Notes: a model not told the origin generated them from the letters alone. A stretch of 34,394 nt of DNA from a virus (IMGVR_UViG_3300024232_000046:1-34394); one strand, 5' to 3'. Shown: positions 15,094 to 25,480, counted from the first letter of the stretch. Made by a program: numbers and translations.

Positions 15094-18000
15094 CCTTCGT
15101 CCACGGTGATCTCGATCGTGACGCGCTTTAGGGACGTGACACTATCGACCTTGAAGGCGAGGACGTCACCGGCCGTGACGGACGTCGTCCAGCCGGTTAA
15201 CGTCGAATCCTCACTCTTGATTGCCGAGCTGATCGTCGGTTTCGCGGACGCCGTGATCGTGTCGGCGACCGTCGGCGCGTAATTGCTATATGTGTCCTTC
15301 CAAACGTCGATCACGATCGATCCGGACGTCACGGAGGGATCCGAGGACAGGAGACGTACTTTAGTAATCGTGCCGGTCGCCGGGACACTGACGAACCCTG
15401 CGATCCCGGTCGCGATCACCGCCACGCCGTCGCCGATGATCATCCCGATCACGCGCTTGAGTGTCGACGCGCTGTAGACGCCGGAGGCCGCGTGTACGTA
15501 GCCCGTGCCTGTCGCGCGCTTGACGAGTTTCCCCGTCGTACTGTCGAACAGGACGATCTCTGCGTCGACCGCCGAGGACGGCCCGACGACGTCCCCCACG
15601 GCCGGCGCCGCGATCGTCAGCGTCGATCCGGCGCCTCCATCCGTCAGTGTGATCCCGGTGCCGGCCGTGAGGACCCGCTCCGCTGACAGCGTCGCATCGG
15701 TGCCGAGCGTCAGATAGGAGGCCCCCGTCGGAGCGCCGCCGCCGCCGCCGGAGGACGCGATCGTCAGCGTCGATCCGGCGCCGCCGTCCGTGAGTGTGAT
15801 GTTGCTTCCGGCCGTGAGGACCCGTTCCGACGTGAGCTCCGCATGGGTAGCGAGCACGACGTATTGCGGCGTGTTGGGCGCCGCGGCGAGGTTTCCGCGC
15901 GCCGTCGCCGCGGCCGCCACGTCCGACAGATTGAGCGATCGCCGCAAATACCGTGCATCCCCTTGCGCCTCCGTGATACCGGATCCGCCGCTCGAGCTTG
16001 ATCCCCCGGCCTGAAAACTGACGTCATCGATATAGAAACTGAACGCGCCGCCGTTCCCGACGCCGGCGATCCGTACTTGGTTGATCGTGGTCCCAACCGG
16101 GACGGCAAAACTCCCGATCGGGATCGCGACCTGCTGATAGACGCCCGTCACGCTCGAATCAAAGCCGAGAAATCCCGTCACGATCGAGACGAGCGATCCT
16201 TTCAGGACGCCGCCCGAATAGAGGCCGACGCGCAGGATCCGATTGTTGCCCCAGGCCGCGAGCGATCGAATGTAGAGGACAAGCGACGTCAACGAGGACG
16301 GATCCATAGACCCGGCGCCGATCTGCCCTTGCGCATAGGCGCCATTCGTGACAGTGGTTCCCGCGATCGCCTTTGTCCCGGTCCGCGGCGCCGTGGTGGA
16401 CGCGAGACTGAACCCCGATCCCGATGTCGACCAGTCCCACTCCCCGGATCCACTCCCGAGGTTTTCGGCGTAGAGGACAGTGGCCGTCACACTGGCGGCG
16501 CTCGAGGCCGCCGGGACCAGTACGATCCCGAGTTTGACTTGTGTCGCCGGATCCGTGTCCGGTTCACTCGGCGTCGCCGCCGGCGTCCCGGTGACGACCA
16601 CGACGGCGCCGGCGGTATCTACGGCGATCACGTCGATCCGATCGAGCGTCGCATCCGCCGCCGTCAGAGTCACGATTTGTTCCGGCGCGCTGTAGAGCAG
16701 TCCGCCGATCGCATAGGTCGCCGCACTGACCCGAAACGTGTAGGCAGAGATCCACGCGATCTGTCCGCCAGAGATCAGGAACGTGCCTTGCGCTTGCGCG
16801 CCGCCAGGGACGATCGCCGCGAGCGTCTCGAGGACATACGCCTCCGACGCGACCCGTTCCCCATTCACGAGCATGTGCCCATGCACGTGAAACGTGTTCG
16901 CGTCACCGTCCGTGTGATCCTCGCCGTCGAGGCCGAAACTGATCGCGAGCGGCGCCGTGACGTCCGTATAGGCGCCGGCGATCATCGATCCAAGAATCGC
17001 CCGCGGCCCTTCCGCGATCGCGAGATACAAGATCGCATCGGCGACTCCGGACACACTCGAGAATGCGATCGTGGCATCCGTCGACGTGACGGCCGACACG
17101 GTGGCTTGGAGCTCCACCGATCCGGAACTGGCGGCCCGTGTCTCGAGGACGAGATCGGTATAGGTCGCCCGCCGATACACGGAGGGATTTGCGGCATCCA
17201 CACCGCCGATCCAGATCCCTCCGCTGTCCGACCCGGACCCGCCGCCATCCGTCCAGGCGCCGAAGGCCAGGCCCATATCGGCCTTATTCGCGCTGGCGGA
17301 CCCTTGCAAGGTTTGCAGGATGATCCCGCGCGCCTGAAATCCCGGCGTGATCGTCACGTTGCCCGGTGACGTCGGCGCCGCCAGGGTCCCGAGCGCGAAC
17401 CGCACGCCGGCGAGCGCGAGAATGTGTTGGACGGGTTGATGTGTCAGTGTGCCGGCGTCGCGCGTGATCGTGAACCCGTTCCCGGACGCCGCCGTGATCG
17501 AGGCGCCCATAAGCTCCGTGCCGCCCGACAAGTTGGCGAGGCGCACCGACGAGACGCGATCGGTATGCTGCCCGCGGTAATTGTCCGCGGCGCCGCCGGT
17601 ACCCCGTCCCAGGGTCCAGCCACAGATATTGTCGGAGGCATTCGAGAATCCGAACCCGTGAATGGATCCGAACGGCGCGCCGAAGCTGTAATCCCCGGTG
17701 CCGAATTCGTCCGCGGCGCCGCCCATCACGATAAACGCCGTGGGTGCAAACCCTAACCCCGTGACATCGATCGTTCCGCCGCTCGAGACGTTGATTTTTT
17801 GCTGGACAAATCGCGCCTCGATATCGCCGCCGAGGACCAGCGCATGATAGAGCGCCGCGGATCCGTCGTTCGTGATCCAGTTGATCGAGAATCCGTCGGC
17901 CGTGAACGCGACGAACTGGCCCTCCACAGTCGCCGCCGGATCGGCGCCGGACGTCGCGCCACTTTTCCATGCGATCCGGTTCGTCCGTTCCCCTTGCGCG

Positions 18001-18221
18001 GATGTGGTCGCCGCTTCGCCGCCCGGATGATGGATGAACCGAACGGATTGTTTGACGCCGTCCGTCATCCCGAGGCCGAGCGTCGCCGCCGTGGTCGCGC
18101 CGGAGGCCGTTTGACCCGTCGACCAGAGGAGGAGCGCTTTCCCCTGAAATCCCACACCCGTGATCGTCTGGACCCCGGCCGCGGTCGCTTTCGCAAATTG
18201 CAGGTATTGCGAGGACAGCAC
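15090..18221 (-). CDS. Tail fibre / receptor-binding protein (1043 aa)
   Basis: Follows the hub gene. Beta-rich, with a carbohydrate-binding-like central domain (FYIDDVSF), an NLSDV..AATARGNL fibre motif and a duplicated ERVLTAG..ITLTDGGAGSTLTIA. Confidence 0.8.
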   Translation of the reverse strand: MLSSQYLQFAKATAAGVQTITGVGFQGKALLLWSTGQTASGATTAATLGLGMTDGVKQSVRFIHHPGGEAATTSAQGERTNRIAWKSGATSGADPAATVEGQFVAFTADGFSINWITNDGSAALYHALVLGGDIEARFVQQKINVSSGGTIDVTGLGFAPTAFIVMGGAADEFGTGDYSFGAPFGSIHGFGFSNASDNICGWTLGRGTGGAADNYRGQHTDRVSSVRLANLSGGTELMGASITAASGNGFTITRDAGTLTHQPVQHILALAGVRFALGTLAAPTSPGNVTITPGFQARGIILQTLQGSASANKADMGLAFGAWTDGGGSGSDSGGIWIGGVDAANPSVYRRATYTDLVLETRAASSGSVELQATVSAVTSTDATIAFSSVSGVADAILYLAIAEGPRAILGSMIAGAYTDVTAPLAISFGLDGEDHTDGDANTFHVHGHMLVNGERVASEAYVLETLAAIVPGGAQAQGTFLISGGQIAWISAYTFRVSAATYAIGGLLYSAPEQIVTLTAADATLDRIDVIAVDTAGAVVVVTGTPAATPSEPDTDPATQVKLGIVLVPAASSAASVTATVLYAENLGSGSGEWDWSTSGSGFSLASTTAPRTGTKAIAGTTVTNGAYAQGQIGAGSMDPSSLTSLVLYIRSLAAWGNNRILRVGLYSGGVLKGSLVSIVTGFLGFDSSVTGVYQQVAIPIGSFAVPVGTTINQVRIAGVGNGGAFSFYIDDVSFQAGGSSSSGGSGITEAQGDARYLRRSLNLSDVAAAATARGNLAAAPNTPQYVVLATHAELTSERVLTAGSNITLTDGGAGSTLTIASSGGGGGAPTGASYLTLGTDATLSAERVLTAGTGITLTDGGAGSTLTIAAPAVGDVVGPSSAVDAEIVLFDSTTGKLVKRATGTGYVHAASGVYSASTLKRVIGMIIGDGVAVIATGIAGFVSVPATGTITKVRLLSSDPSVTSGSIVIDVWKDTYSNYAPTVADTITASAKPTISSAIKSEDSTLTGWTTSVTAGDVLAFKVDSVTSLKRVTIEITVDEG
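15610..15824. repeat. Intragenic duplication in the tail fibre (147-bp offset)
   Basis: GCGATCGTCAGCGTCGATCCGGCGCC...CCGGCCGTGAGGACCCG occurs at 15610 and 15757. Confidence 0.85.
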
Positions 18222-18224
18222 GGA

Positions 18225-19769
18225 TCAGATCTCCGCATCCGTAATGTGATTGTCGTACCCGAACACTTGGCAGGACTCGAATCCCCCTGTGGCCGTGATG
18301 GCACTGCCGCCGCCGCCGACCACGATCGAGTTTTCGGTTTTGTAGTACAGGAAATCGGCGTCGCCGCCGAATCGGCCGCCGTCGTTGTACTGCACGGCGC
18401 GATTCGGCCCGCCCGGCCCGACCTGATGTACACCGCCCTCGCCGCCACTCGAGATCCCGGACGTCTCGCCCGCCTTATCCCCGAGCCAGTCTTTATAGAG
18501 ATCGCGCCATCCGCGGCGCCCCAAGTTGGTTTCGGCTCGGATCTCCGCCGTGATCTCCCGGATCAAACGGTTCTGACTGTCGCGCGTGACGACGTCCGTC
18601 AGGATGGCGGCGCCGGACAAATTCCGCGCCGGGACCGTCACGGTTTGCGTTTGCCCAGGCCGGAGGCCTTGCTCGAATGTTTTATAGGTGAGCGTTTGCG
18701 TCGCCGTCAGCGCTTGCGCGAGATAGCCCTCCGCGAGACTTTGCGCGGTCGCATCCGTGGGCACTGAATCGACAACTACGACTTTTTCCCACAGCCCAAC
18801 CGCAGCCTGTGAGGCGAGATCGTCCGCTTGCCCGAGGCCCTCAAACGTCCCGTTAAAGATGATCTCGATCAGCGATCCGAGCGCCGGCGTCCCGATATTC
18901 CGCGTGATCGTGTTCGTCCCGGGATCGTAGGTCCACATCGCGGCGTCCGCGTCGCCCGTGACGTTCAAGGTTTCGTTGGCGTCCTCCCCCGGCGTAAAGA
19001 CCCCGTCGGCCGCATAGGCCACATACCCGCGTGTGGCACTCGGAACGTATTGGAGCTGAAACGTCGTCGCCGATCCGTCGCCTGTGAACGATTCGAGGTG
19101 ATTATCTTCCTGTTTCGCGGGGACCTTCACGATCACCCGGTTCGCGAAATGATCGCGCCGTGGTTCGACTTCGATATCGCCGACGACCTCCGGGAGCAGG
19201 TTTCCGATCAGATCGAACGGCGCCGCGAGTGTCGACGGTTGCGCCATACTCAGGACTTTGAAACTGTCGATCGTCCACGCGAACTGCTCGCCGAATCCTG
19301 CCGTCAGCGTCGATAGTTCGTTGAGGACCTCCGTCAGCGGACGATAGACATAGATGAGCTCCGGGAGCGTCGGCCCGTCGACCTGTCCGGCGTCGAGCGT
19401 CACGCCATATCCGGCCAGATAGCTTGTCACCACGATCAGCGCCGCTTTGAGGGTCCCGGCAGGGATCGTTTCGTTGACATACCGGCGATCCGTGTACGCG
19501 GTGAAATCCCCGGCCGATACGATCGTCTCGATCGCCGGTTTGGCGCCGCCGTGAAACCCGCGTTCTGTGACCCGTTCGACCAGGCCGCCGAACACGCGAC
19601 CGCCGTCCTCCTCGATAATGACTTGCGCGTCCATCGCAGGCCGATAGGTCCCATCGAACGACACGATCGCAAAGGCCGCCGTGGTCCGGCCGTTCAAGGT
19701 TTCGGAGAGATGCAGCGACCCCGCGCGGATCGCTTTCGGGACGCCGGCGATCGTCAGGGTCCAGATCAT
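18225..19769 (-). CDS. Tail tip / baseplate hub protein (514 aa)
   Basis: Directly after the tape measure gene. RVFGGLVE, FANRVIV and GLRPGQTQTV are hub-like patterns. Confidence 0.75.
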   Translation of the reverse strand: MIWTLTIAGVPKAIRAGSLHLSETLNGRTTAAFAIVSFDGTYRPAMDAQVIIEEDGGRVFGGLVERVTERGFHGGAKPAIETIVSAGDFTAYTDRRYVNETIPAGTLKAALIVVTSYLAGYGVTLDAGQVDGPTLPELIYVYRPLTEVLNELSTLTAGFGEQFAWTIDSFKVLSMAQPSTLAAPFDLIGNLLPEVVGDIEVEPRRDHFANRVIVKVPAKQEDNHLESFTGDGSATTFQLQYVPSATRGYVAYAADGVFTPGEDANETLNVTGDADAAMWTYDPGTNTITRNIGTPALGSLIEIIFNGTFEGLGQADDLASQAAVGLWEKVVVVDSVPTDATAQSLAEGYLAQALTATQTLTYKTFEQGLRPGQTQTVTVPARNLSGAAILTDVVTRDSQNRLIREITAEIRAETNLGRRGWRDLYKDWLGDKAGETSGISSGGEGGVHQVGPGGPNRAVQYNDGGRFGGDADFLYYKTENSIVVGGGGSAITATGGFESCQVFGYDNHITDAEI

Positions 19770-22700
19770 CCGAGGCGATACCGTTGCACGACGCCCGGGA
19801 GATGTGGAACGAGAAATTCCGCCGCGGCCCGGCCATCCTGTTCAAAAATCACGCGCATCCCCTCGAGCGCCGGCGTCAGGCCCCCCGACAGCGGCACGAT
19901 CGCTTCCGGTCCACGCTCGCCGATAAACGCGAGGGTTTTTTTCATCACGATCCCGCCGTCCCCGAGCGCCGGGATGCCGGACGTATCAAACCCGAATTGG
20001 ATCCGCGGATCCCCTGTCGCGAAGCGGTCCCAATCATCCGGGAGATCGAGCTCGACCGGGACCGTGATCGGCGGGACCTTAATCCGCCCGAACGTGCCCG
20101 CGATATCGTCCGCGGCCGCTTTCGAGGACCCCGCCAGGCCGGACAGACTCCCGCCGACTTTGGTTTGAAACGCTGCGCCGCTCTGTTGCGCGGCGCGCGT
20201 CAGTTCGTTTTCAATGAACCGCGCGGCGTCCGCTGATTGCTTCCGGAATACCTCGCCCATCCCGTTTGCGGACTCCTTCGCCGCGATGGGGATCTGCGTC
20301 AGGATCTTGTCCCTGAACCCATCCAGCGACGGGAACGCTCCCGTGATCCCTGTGGAGAATGCCGCGCCGATTGTCGCGCCCGCGTCCGCGGCCGCCGGCG
20401 GGATCTGCGTCCGGATCTTGTCTGCGAACGATCCCACGGAGGCGCCGGCCGCATCGACGCCGGTACTAAAGGCCGTGCCGATCGTTGCGCCGGCATCGAC
20501 GGCCGCGGCCGCGGTCGCCCGGATGCCGTCCGGGATCTTGGCGCCGAACGTATCCGCGATCGCGAGGAGGACCTCGAGGGTTTTCTCTTGTGTCGATTTG
20601 AACTGATTCCCGACGATCCCTTGCGCCTCGGCCTGTTTGAGAATCCCCTCCGTGGTCGCATCGGTGATCGATCCGAATTGCTGCTCCGCCTCAAATAGCG
20701 CTTGGAGTACAGGTTGCGACAGCGCCAACGCTTGCGATAGATCCCCGCCGTGATTCGCCACTTCCTGCAGCGATTGCCCGATGTCGGCCGCGAGCGCTTG
20801 AAACCCGGCCGGATCCAGATCCTTCGCCTCGAACAGGCCCCGGAAAATCTGTCCCGACGTCTGGACGTTTTGGAGGAACGGCCCGGTGATCTCCGAGTTG
20901 ATGAGATCGAACTGTCCGAGGAGCTTGTCAATAACCGGCGTCGACCCGGCCCCGAACTCAGCGACGCCGGACTTGAGCGCTTGGAAGGACGGCGCGAGCG
21001 CTTGAATCGCGGCGAACCCGTCCCCGGTTTCCTTGACGATCCCCGCGAACGTCGACTGGACGATCACGCCGAGGCGTTCAAATTCCGGTTGCGTCCGCGC
21101 CGCCACGGCCTGCAACTGCCCCTGCAGATCGGCCAGTTTCTTCCCTTCGTCCCCGGTGAGGAGCTCCGGCGGACGGCCGGCGAGCAGTTGCGTCCGTTGT
21201 TCGATCAGCGCCGCGAACTGATTGGTATAGAGCGCCGTCCGTGCGTTGACCGCCGTTTGCGCCTGATCTAGGCCTTTGAGGTGCGCCTGATAGGCCGCGA
21301 GCGCCTCATTGACATCAGAGACCGCCCGCGTGAATTTGTCCGCCTCGACCGTTGTAAACGCTCGCGCCAGGGCCGCCGCGACCTCCGGTCCGGCCCGTTG
21401 CGCGAGCGCGCGGATCTTCTCGAGGCCGCCGAGCTGCGCCTGCAGTTGCAGTTGCGAGGCCCGGACGCCGCTCTGCTCGACCTCGAGCGCATTGGGACCG
21501 ATCGCGCCGCCGAGGAGGCCCGCCGATAGGCCGACGGCGCCGCCGACGGGACCGCCGAGCGCAAACCCCTGCAGGCCGCCGGCGATCGCCCCGGAGATGG
21601 ACCCCGCGAATTTGCCCATTTGCTGCGCGAACTGCGCGCCCTGTGCAAACGCGACGAGACCTGTCCCGATGTTCCCGGCGAGCCGTTCCCCGATCGTGAT
21701 CGCGGCCCCGCCGTCCGCGGCCCGTTTGGCGGACTCCGCGAACGTGTCCACAAAGGCCGATCCGAGCGCCGCCCCAAACCCCGCGACCGCGCCGACCGTG
21801 TTCCCGCCCTGTAACGCGGTGACTGCCGTCTCGAGCGCTTGTGGCAGGTTATGCGCGAATTCCGCGGAGGCCCGCTGGAAGGCGTTGGAAAATTCCTTGC
21901 CGGCTTTCTGCCCGAACAGCGCGAAGGACGCGAGCTGGCCCGACGTGAATCCGATCCCACTCAGGCCCATTCCGAACCCGGGGAACGTCCCGATCACTTG
22001 ATCGATCTGCCGCCACTGCCGCTCCACGTCGGCCCCGAATCGATCTAAGCGATCGCCGATCGAACGAATAGAGTCACCGGCGATCTTCGCCAGTTCCTTC
22101 ATTTCGTCCTGCATGTCCTTCGTACTGAACGCTTTCATCCGGCGATCGAGCGCGTCCACGTCCCCGACGATCGTGAGGATCTCTTTTTTCGCCGCCAGGG
22201 ATTCAAAGGCGGCCGCGACCCGTTCCACGCTTTCCTTGATCGCGATCTCCCAGACGTGCGCTTTTTCGGCGGACTTGGCCGCCTCCGGGCCGAAGAGATC
22301 CACGAGTTGGGACAGCGTCGCGCCGTGCGCGGCCGCCCGATCGATCTGTTGCGTGAGCTCCGCCAGGCTCTTAGTGAACGATTTGAACGCCTCCACACTG
22401 TCGGCGTCCGGCGGAGGCGGGACCCCTTTCAGCTTCGCCCGCATCGCGTCGGCGGCGTCCGCGATCTCGGATTGGATCCGCGCGAACGTCGATCCGAAAT
22501 CATCCCCGGCGGACTTGGCGGCCGCGGCGATCCCTTGTGCCACGGTCCGCACGGTTGCGCCCGCGAGCGCCGCGCCGGCCGCGACACTGTCCAGCGGTTT
22601 CCGCAGGGCCGCCAGGTTTGCCTCGAGCGCATCAAAGGCGGATTGATGTGTCCCGCCCCCGAGCGCGAGGTCGAGCGCCCGGCCCACGGAGATGATCGCC

Positions 22701-23758
22701 GGCGCGAGGTCGAGAAAATCTTTGGTTTCCTGCGTGACGCGCGCCGAGATGTCGACGGCCCACTGCGCCACGCCGTCGACCATCCGCGCGAGGACCTCGA
22801 GGAGGTGCGCGGCCGCCTCGCCGACGAACACGACAAACCGATCGAAGGCCTCGCCGGCGCCCTTCGTCCCGGTGACGATTCCCTTGACCGCATCCAGGAA
22901 AATCCCGCCGAACACTTCGGTAAACGCGACCGCGGCCGGGAGCAGCTTGGCGCCGAGCTGTTGCGTGAGGCCGTCCGCCGCGGCTTGAATCGCGCCGAGG
23001 CCATCGTGGAAACGGTCCGCCGCGACCGCCGTCCGCGTGGACATCACGATCCCGAGATCGTTCGCTTGATCGAGGAGTTTTTTGATCCCGTCGGATCCTT
23101 CCGCCGCCAGGCTCGCGACGTCCTTGAACGACTTCCCGAAAATCGCGACGCCGGCCGCGGCGCGTTGGCTGGCATTCGGGAGATCACCAATCGCGCCGAG
23201 GATTTGCTGAAAGGCTTTTTCGGGCGCCTCGCTTTTGAGCGTTTGGAATGACAGGCCAAGACTCTTGACCGCCTCGCGCGTTTTCTCCGCTCCGGCGCCG
23301 AGGTTTGCCTCGAGCTTGAACACGGCGCCCGTGATCGACTCGAGCGACGTTCCGCTCTGTTGCGCGGCGAATTTGAACCCGGAGAGCGCCTCGACACTAA
23401 GGCCGGTTTGCTGCGCGAGGGTGAAAAACTGATCGCCGAGCTCCGCGGTCTTTTTGAGCGCCTCGTTCGCGGTCCCGGCGATCGTTTCGACGCCCGCTTG
23501 GACCGCCTTAAACGCGACCGCCGCGCCGGCCGCGGCCGCGGTGACGCCGACCACGGCGACGCCGATCGTCCCAACGACGGATCCGAACTGCGAAAACGCC
23601 TTACTGACGCCGTCGATCGTCCCGGTGATCTTTGCCGCGAACTGATCGAACCCGCCTTTAAAGTCCTCGACCGTTTTGGTCGCGTCTTTGAATGACGTCT
23701 GGAATTCGGCGAGTTGCGCCGACAGGCGGACAGCGAGCGTCGCGATCGGTCCGGCCAT
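19766..23758 (-). CDS. Tail tape measure protein (1330 aa)
   Basis: Ala/Gly-rich and helical. Starts IATLAVRLSA, ends with IPALGDGGIV...IGERGPEAIVPL. Internal 37-aa duplication near 20289/20400. Confidence 0.95.
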   Translation of the reverse strand: MAGPIATLAVRLSAQLAEFQTSFKDATKTVEDFKGGFDQFAAKITGTIDGVSKAFSQFGSVVGTIGVAVVGVTAAAAGAAVAFKAVQAGVETIAGTANEALKKTAELGDQFFTLAQQTGLSVEALSGFKFAAQQSGTSLESITGAVFKLEANLGAGAEKTREAVKSLGLSFQTLKSEAPEKAFQQILGAIGDLPNASQRAAAGVAIFGKSFKDVASLAAEGSDGIKKLLDQANDLGIVMSTRTAVAADRFHDGLGAIQAAADGLTQQLGAKLLPAAVAFTEVFGGIFLDAVKGIVTGTKGAGEAFDRFVVFVGEAAAHLLEVLARMVDGVAQWAVDISARVTQETKDFLDLAPAIISVGRALDLALGGGTHQSAFDALEANLAALRKPLDSVAAGAALAGATVRTVAQGIAAAAKSAGDDFGSTFARIQSEIADAADAMRAKLKGVPPPPDADSVEAFKSFTKSLAELTQQIDRAAAHGATLSQLVDLFGPEAAKSAEKAHVWEIAIKESVERVAAAFESLAAKKEILTIVGDVDALDRRMKAFSTKDMQDEMKELAKIAGDSIRSIGDRLDRFGADVERQWRQIDQVIGTFPGFGMGLSGIGFTSGQLASFALFGQKAGKEFSNAFQRASAEFAHNLPQALETAVTALQGGNTVGAVAGFGAALGSAFVDTFAESAKRAADGGAAITIGERLAGNIGTGLVAFAQGAQFAQQMGKFAGSISGAIAGGLQGFALGGPVGGAVGLSAGLLGGAIGPNALEVEQSGVRASQLQLQAQLGGLEKIRALAQRAGPEVAAALARAFTTVEADKFTRAVSDVNEALAAYQAHLKGLDQAQTAVNARTALYTNQFAALIEQRTQLLAGRPPELLTGDEGKKLADLQGQLQAVAARTQPEFERLGVIVQSTFAGIVKETGDGFAAIQALAPSFQALKSGVAEFGAGSTPVIDKLLGQFDLINSEITGPFLQNVQTSGQIFRGLFEAKDLDPAGFQALAADIGQSLQEVANHGGDLSQALALSQPVLQALFEAEQQFGSITDATTEGILKQAEAQGIVGNQFKSTQEKTLEVLLAIADTFGAKIPDGIRATAAAAVDAGATIGTAFSTGVDAAGASVGSFADKIRTQIPPAAADAGATIGAAFSTGITGAFPSLDGFRDKILTQIPIAAKESANGMGEVFRKQSADAARFIENELTRAAQQSGAAFQTKVGGSLSGLAGSSKAAADDIAGTFGRIKVPPITVPVELDLPDDWDRFATGDPRIQFGFDTSGIPALGDGGIVMKKTLAFIGERGPEAIVPLSGGLTPALEGMRVIFEQDGRAAAEFLVPHLPGVVQRYRLG

Positions 23759-23761
23759 GTG

Positions 23762-23920
23762 TCAGCGCCTCCCGTACCACCAGAGGACCGCGAGGCCCAC
23801 GAGGAGCAGGGTCCCGGTCCCGACTTCGTCACAGACCGCCGGCGCGCGGCGCGCCAGCCCGGCGACCGGGATCGCGGCCGCCATCCACAGGCCGGCTAGG
23901 AGCACCAGACGACGGATCAC
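23762..23920 (-). CDS. 52-aa two-TM membrane microprotein
   Basis: VIRRLVLLAGLWMAAAIPVAGLARRAPAVCDEVGTGTLLLVGLAVLWWYGRR*. GTGA-coupled and ends 3 bp before the tape measure start. Confidence 0.65.
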   Translation of the reverse strand: MIRRLVLLAGLWMAAAIPVAGLARRAPAVCDEVGTGTLLLVGLAVLWWYGRR

Positions 23921-24330
23921 AACGTCCGACCGCGGGACAGATCCCGCTCGAGCTTGGGACCGATGTCGCGCATCCGCCGAATGAACGGATCCCGTTCCTG
24001 TTCCGCCGCCGGCCGGAACATCGGCCGCGCCGGCATCCGCACCGTACCGTATTCCACAAAGCGCCAATAGACCTCCGGTCCCGGCCGGCCGCCGATCCCG
24101 AACCCCGGCGCGATCCCAACGCGCCCGGCCGTCCCCGTACTCTTCGACGTGATCGCCGCGCGTAAGCGGCCCGTGAGGCCTCGAGGCGCCCGCGCCCGCG
24201 CCGCTTGTTCCACGGCAAAGGTGGACTTGGCGATCGCGTCCGCGGCGAGCGCTTTGGCGGCCTCCGGGACCGCGGCGATCGCCCGCTTCGTTGCCTCGAA
24301 CCCCTCGAGGGTCGCCGTTACTGTAGCCAC
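23917..24330 (-). CDS. HK97 gp10-family tail completion protein (137 aa)
   Basis: ARARAP..TGRLR...YWRFVEYGTVRMPARPMFRPA. Confidence 0.9.
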   Translation of the reverse strand: MATVTATLEGFEATKRAIAAVPEAAKALAADAIAKSTFAVEQAARARAPRGLTGRLRAAITSKSTGTAGRVGIAPGFGIGGRPGPEVYWRFVEYGTVRMPARPMFRPAAEQERDPFIRRMRDIGPKLERDLSRGRTL

Positions 24331-24605
24331 GGTTTGAGCGGATAGCGCAATACGGCCCCCTCCCATCCCAGGACCCGCTCGGGACTCGCCGGCTTGGGAT
24401 CCTTGTAGCTCACCGTGAGAAACGCCTGCAGGCCGACGAGCCACTCGAGGCGGTTTTGTGCGCGACGAAATCCCGCCTCTTTAAGATAGAACTCACGGAC
24501 CGTCAGCGCACCGAATTCGGCCGGCGTTAACCCGAGCTCCCCGAGGCCAAAGGGTTCAGCCCACTCGAGCCACTCCGCGAACGTCGCCGGCCCCGTCAGT
24601 TTCCC
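24318..24605 (-). CDS. Tail assembly chaperone, -1 frameshift extension (gpT-like)
   Basis: Slippery G-GGA-AAC at 24605-24599. The -1 frame reads KLTGPATFAEWLEWAEPFGLGELGLTPAEFGALTVREF...PWLQ*. Confidence 0.85.
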   Translation of the reverse strand, partial: GKLTGPATFAEWLEWAEPFGLGELGLTPAEFGALTVREFYLKEAGFRRAQNRLEWLVGLQAFLTVSYKDPKPASPERVLGWEGAVLRYPLKPWLQ

Positions 24606-24964
24606 GCGTCGCCCTCCGCCGGTGGCAGTTCGTCCGCCGATCGAAATAGACCCGTGCGATCGAGCGCCTCCGACAGCGCGTCCGCCAGGACCTTGATCCG
24701 CTTGCCCTCACCGCCGGCAGACATCGGCCGAATGTACTGATCGAGCATCTTCTCCACCAGGCTGACTGTCAGGCTTTTATCGTCATCCTTTAGCCCGACA
24801 TAGAGCGCCGCCACGATCGCATTGATCCCGATCTGCGCCAAGTGACTCATAACAGCGCCCGTCGGAATAGATCCGAGTTGGGTTTCGAGCTCCCGCAGTT
24901 GCTTGATCCCGAACATCAGATCGCGCGTTTTGCCGCCGAACTCGATCCGTACCGCATCCGTCAT
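24596..24964 (-). CDS. Tail assembly chaperone (gpG-like, 122 aa)
   Basis: Follows the tail tube gene. IEFGGKTRDLMFG..LRELE..LG. Ends at the slippery site. Confidence 0.85.
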   Translation of the reverse strand: MTDAVRIEFGGKTRDLMFGIKQLRELETQLGSIPTGAVMSHLAQIGINAIVAALYVGLKDDDKSLTVSLVEKMLDQYIRPMSAGGEGKRIKVLADALSEALDRTGLFRSADELPPAEGDAGN

Positions 24965-24988
24965 CGTGTCGCCCCTTTCCAGAGAGAG

Positions 24989-25012
24989 GCGCGCCGCCCG
25001 TGAGCGGCGCGC
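24989..25012 (-). terminator. GC-rich hairpin after the tail tube gene (weak terminator or mRNA stabiliser)
   Basis: Perfect 9-bp stem GCGCGCCGC/GCGGCGCGC followed by CTCTCTCT on the minus strand. No poly-U tract. Confidence 0.45.
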
Positions 25013-25039
25013 GGCTAGATGGCGGGGACCCGGCCAGGA

Positions 25040-25462
25040 TTAGCTCGGGGATCCGCCGTTAAACGTGTCCGTGGTCTCCGACGTGATCGCGATCTCGAAC
25101 GTGAACGTGGTCACACCATTGACCGTGGAGATCGCGCCCGTGTACTTGCCCGTGTTGCCCTGTCCGTGATAGCGGACTTGCCCGGTCGCGTGCCCTTGCG
25201 GCCCGTACACCCATTCGATATCGGTCAGGCCCATCAGATCGCCGAGCGCGTCCTCCGCCTCCTGCGACCACTTCCCGCCGACCGTCAAGCGCTTGTCCTC
25301 GAACCCGTAGAGAATGTTTTTCTTCGGATTCGCGACGTCGGGCTGAAACGTCGTCCCGTCCTGTTCGTCCTGATTGTTGGACTTGTTGACACTGTCGCAG
25401 TACGTGGAGATGTTCGTACCACCGAGTTTGAGATAGACCTTTTTTCCGGTGATCACAGGCAT
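25040..25462 (-). CDS. Tail tube (major tail) protein (140 aa)
   Basis: Beta-rich. Located before the chaperones. Contains YGPQG.ATG..RYHG and VTTFTFEI. Confidence 0.8.
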   Translation of the reverse strand: MPVITGKKVYLKLGGTNISTYCDSVNKSNNQDEQDGTTFQPDVANPKKNILYGFEDKRLTVGGKWSQEAEDALGDLMGLTDIEWVYGPQGHATGQVRYHGQGNTGKYTGAISTVNGVTTFTFEIAITSETTDTFNGGSPS

Positions 25463-25480
25463 AGCGATCCGTCCTTCCGC

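Noticed and set aside
15610-15824. Tail fibre duplication as a DGR template/variable repeat pair
   Set aside because: Both copies are in frame within one gene, the differences are not adenine-specific, and no reverse transcriptase is present.
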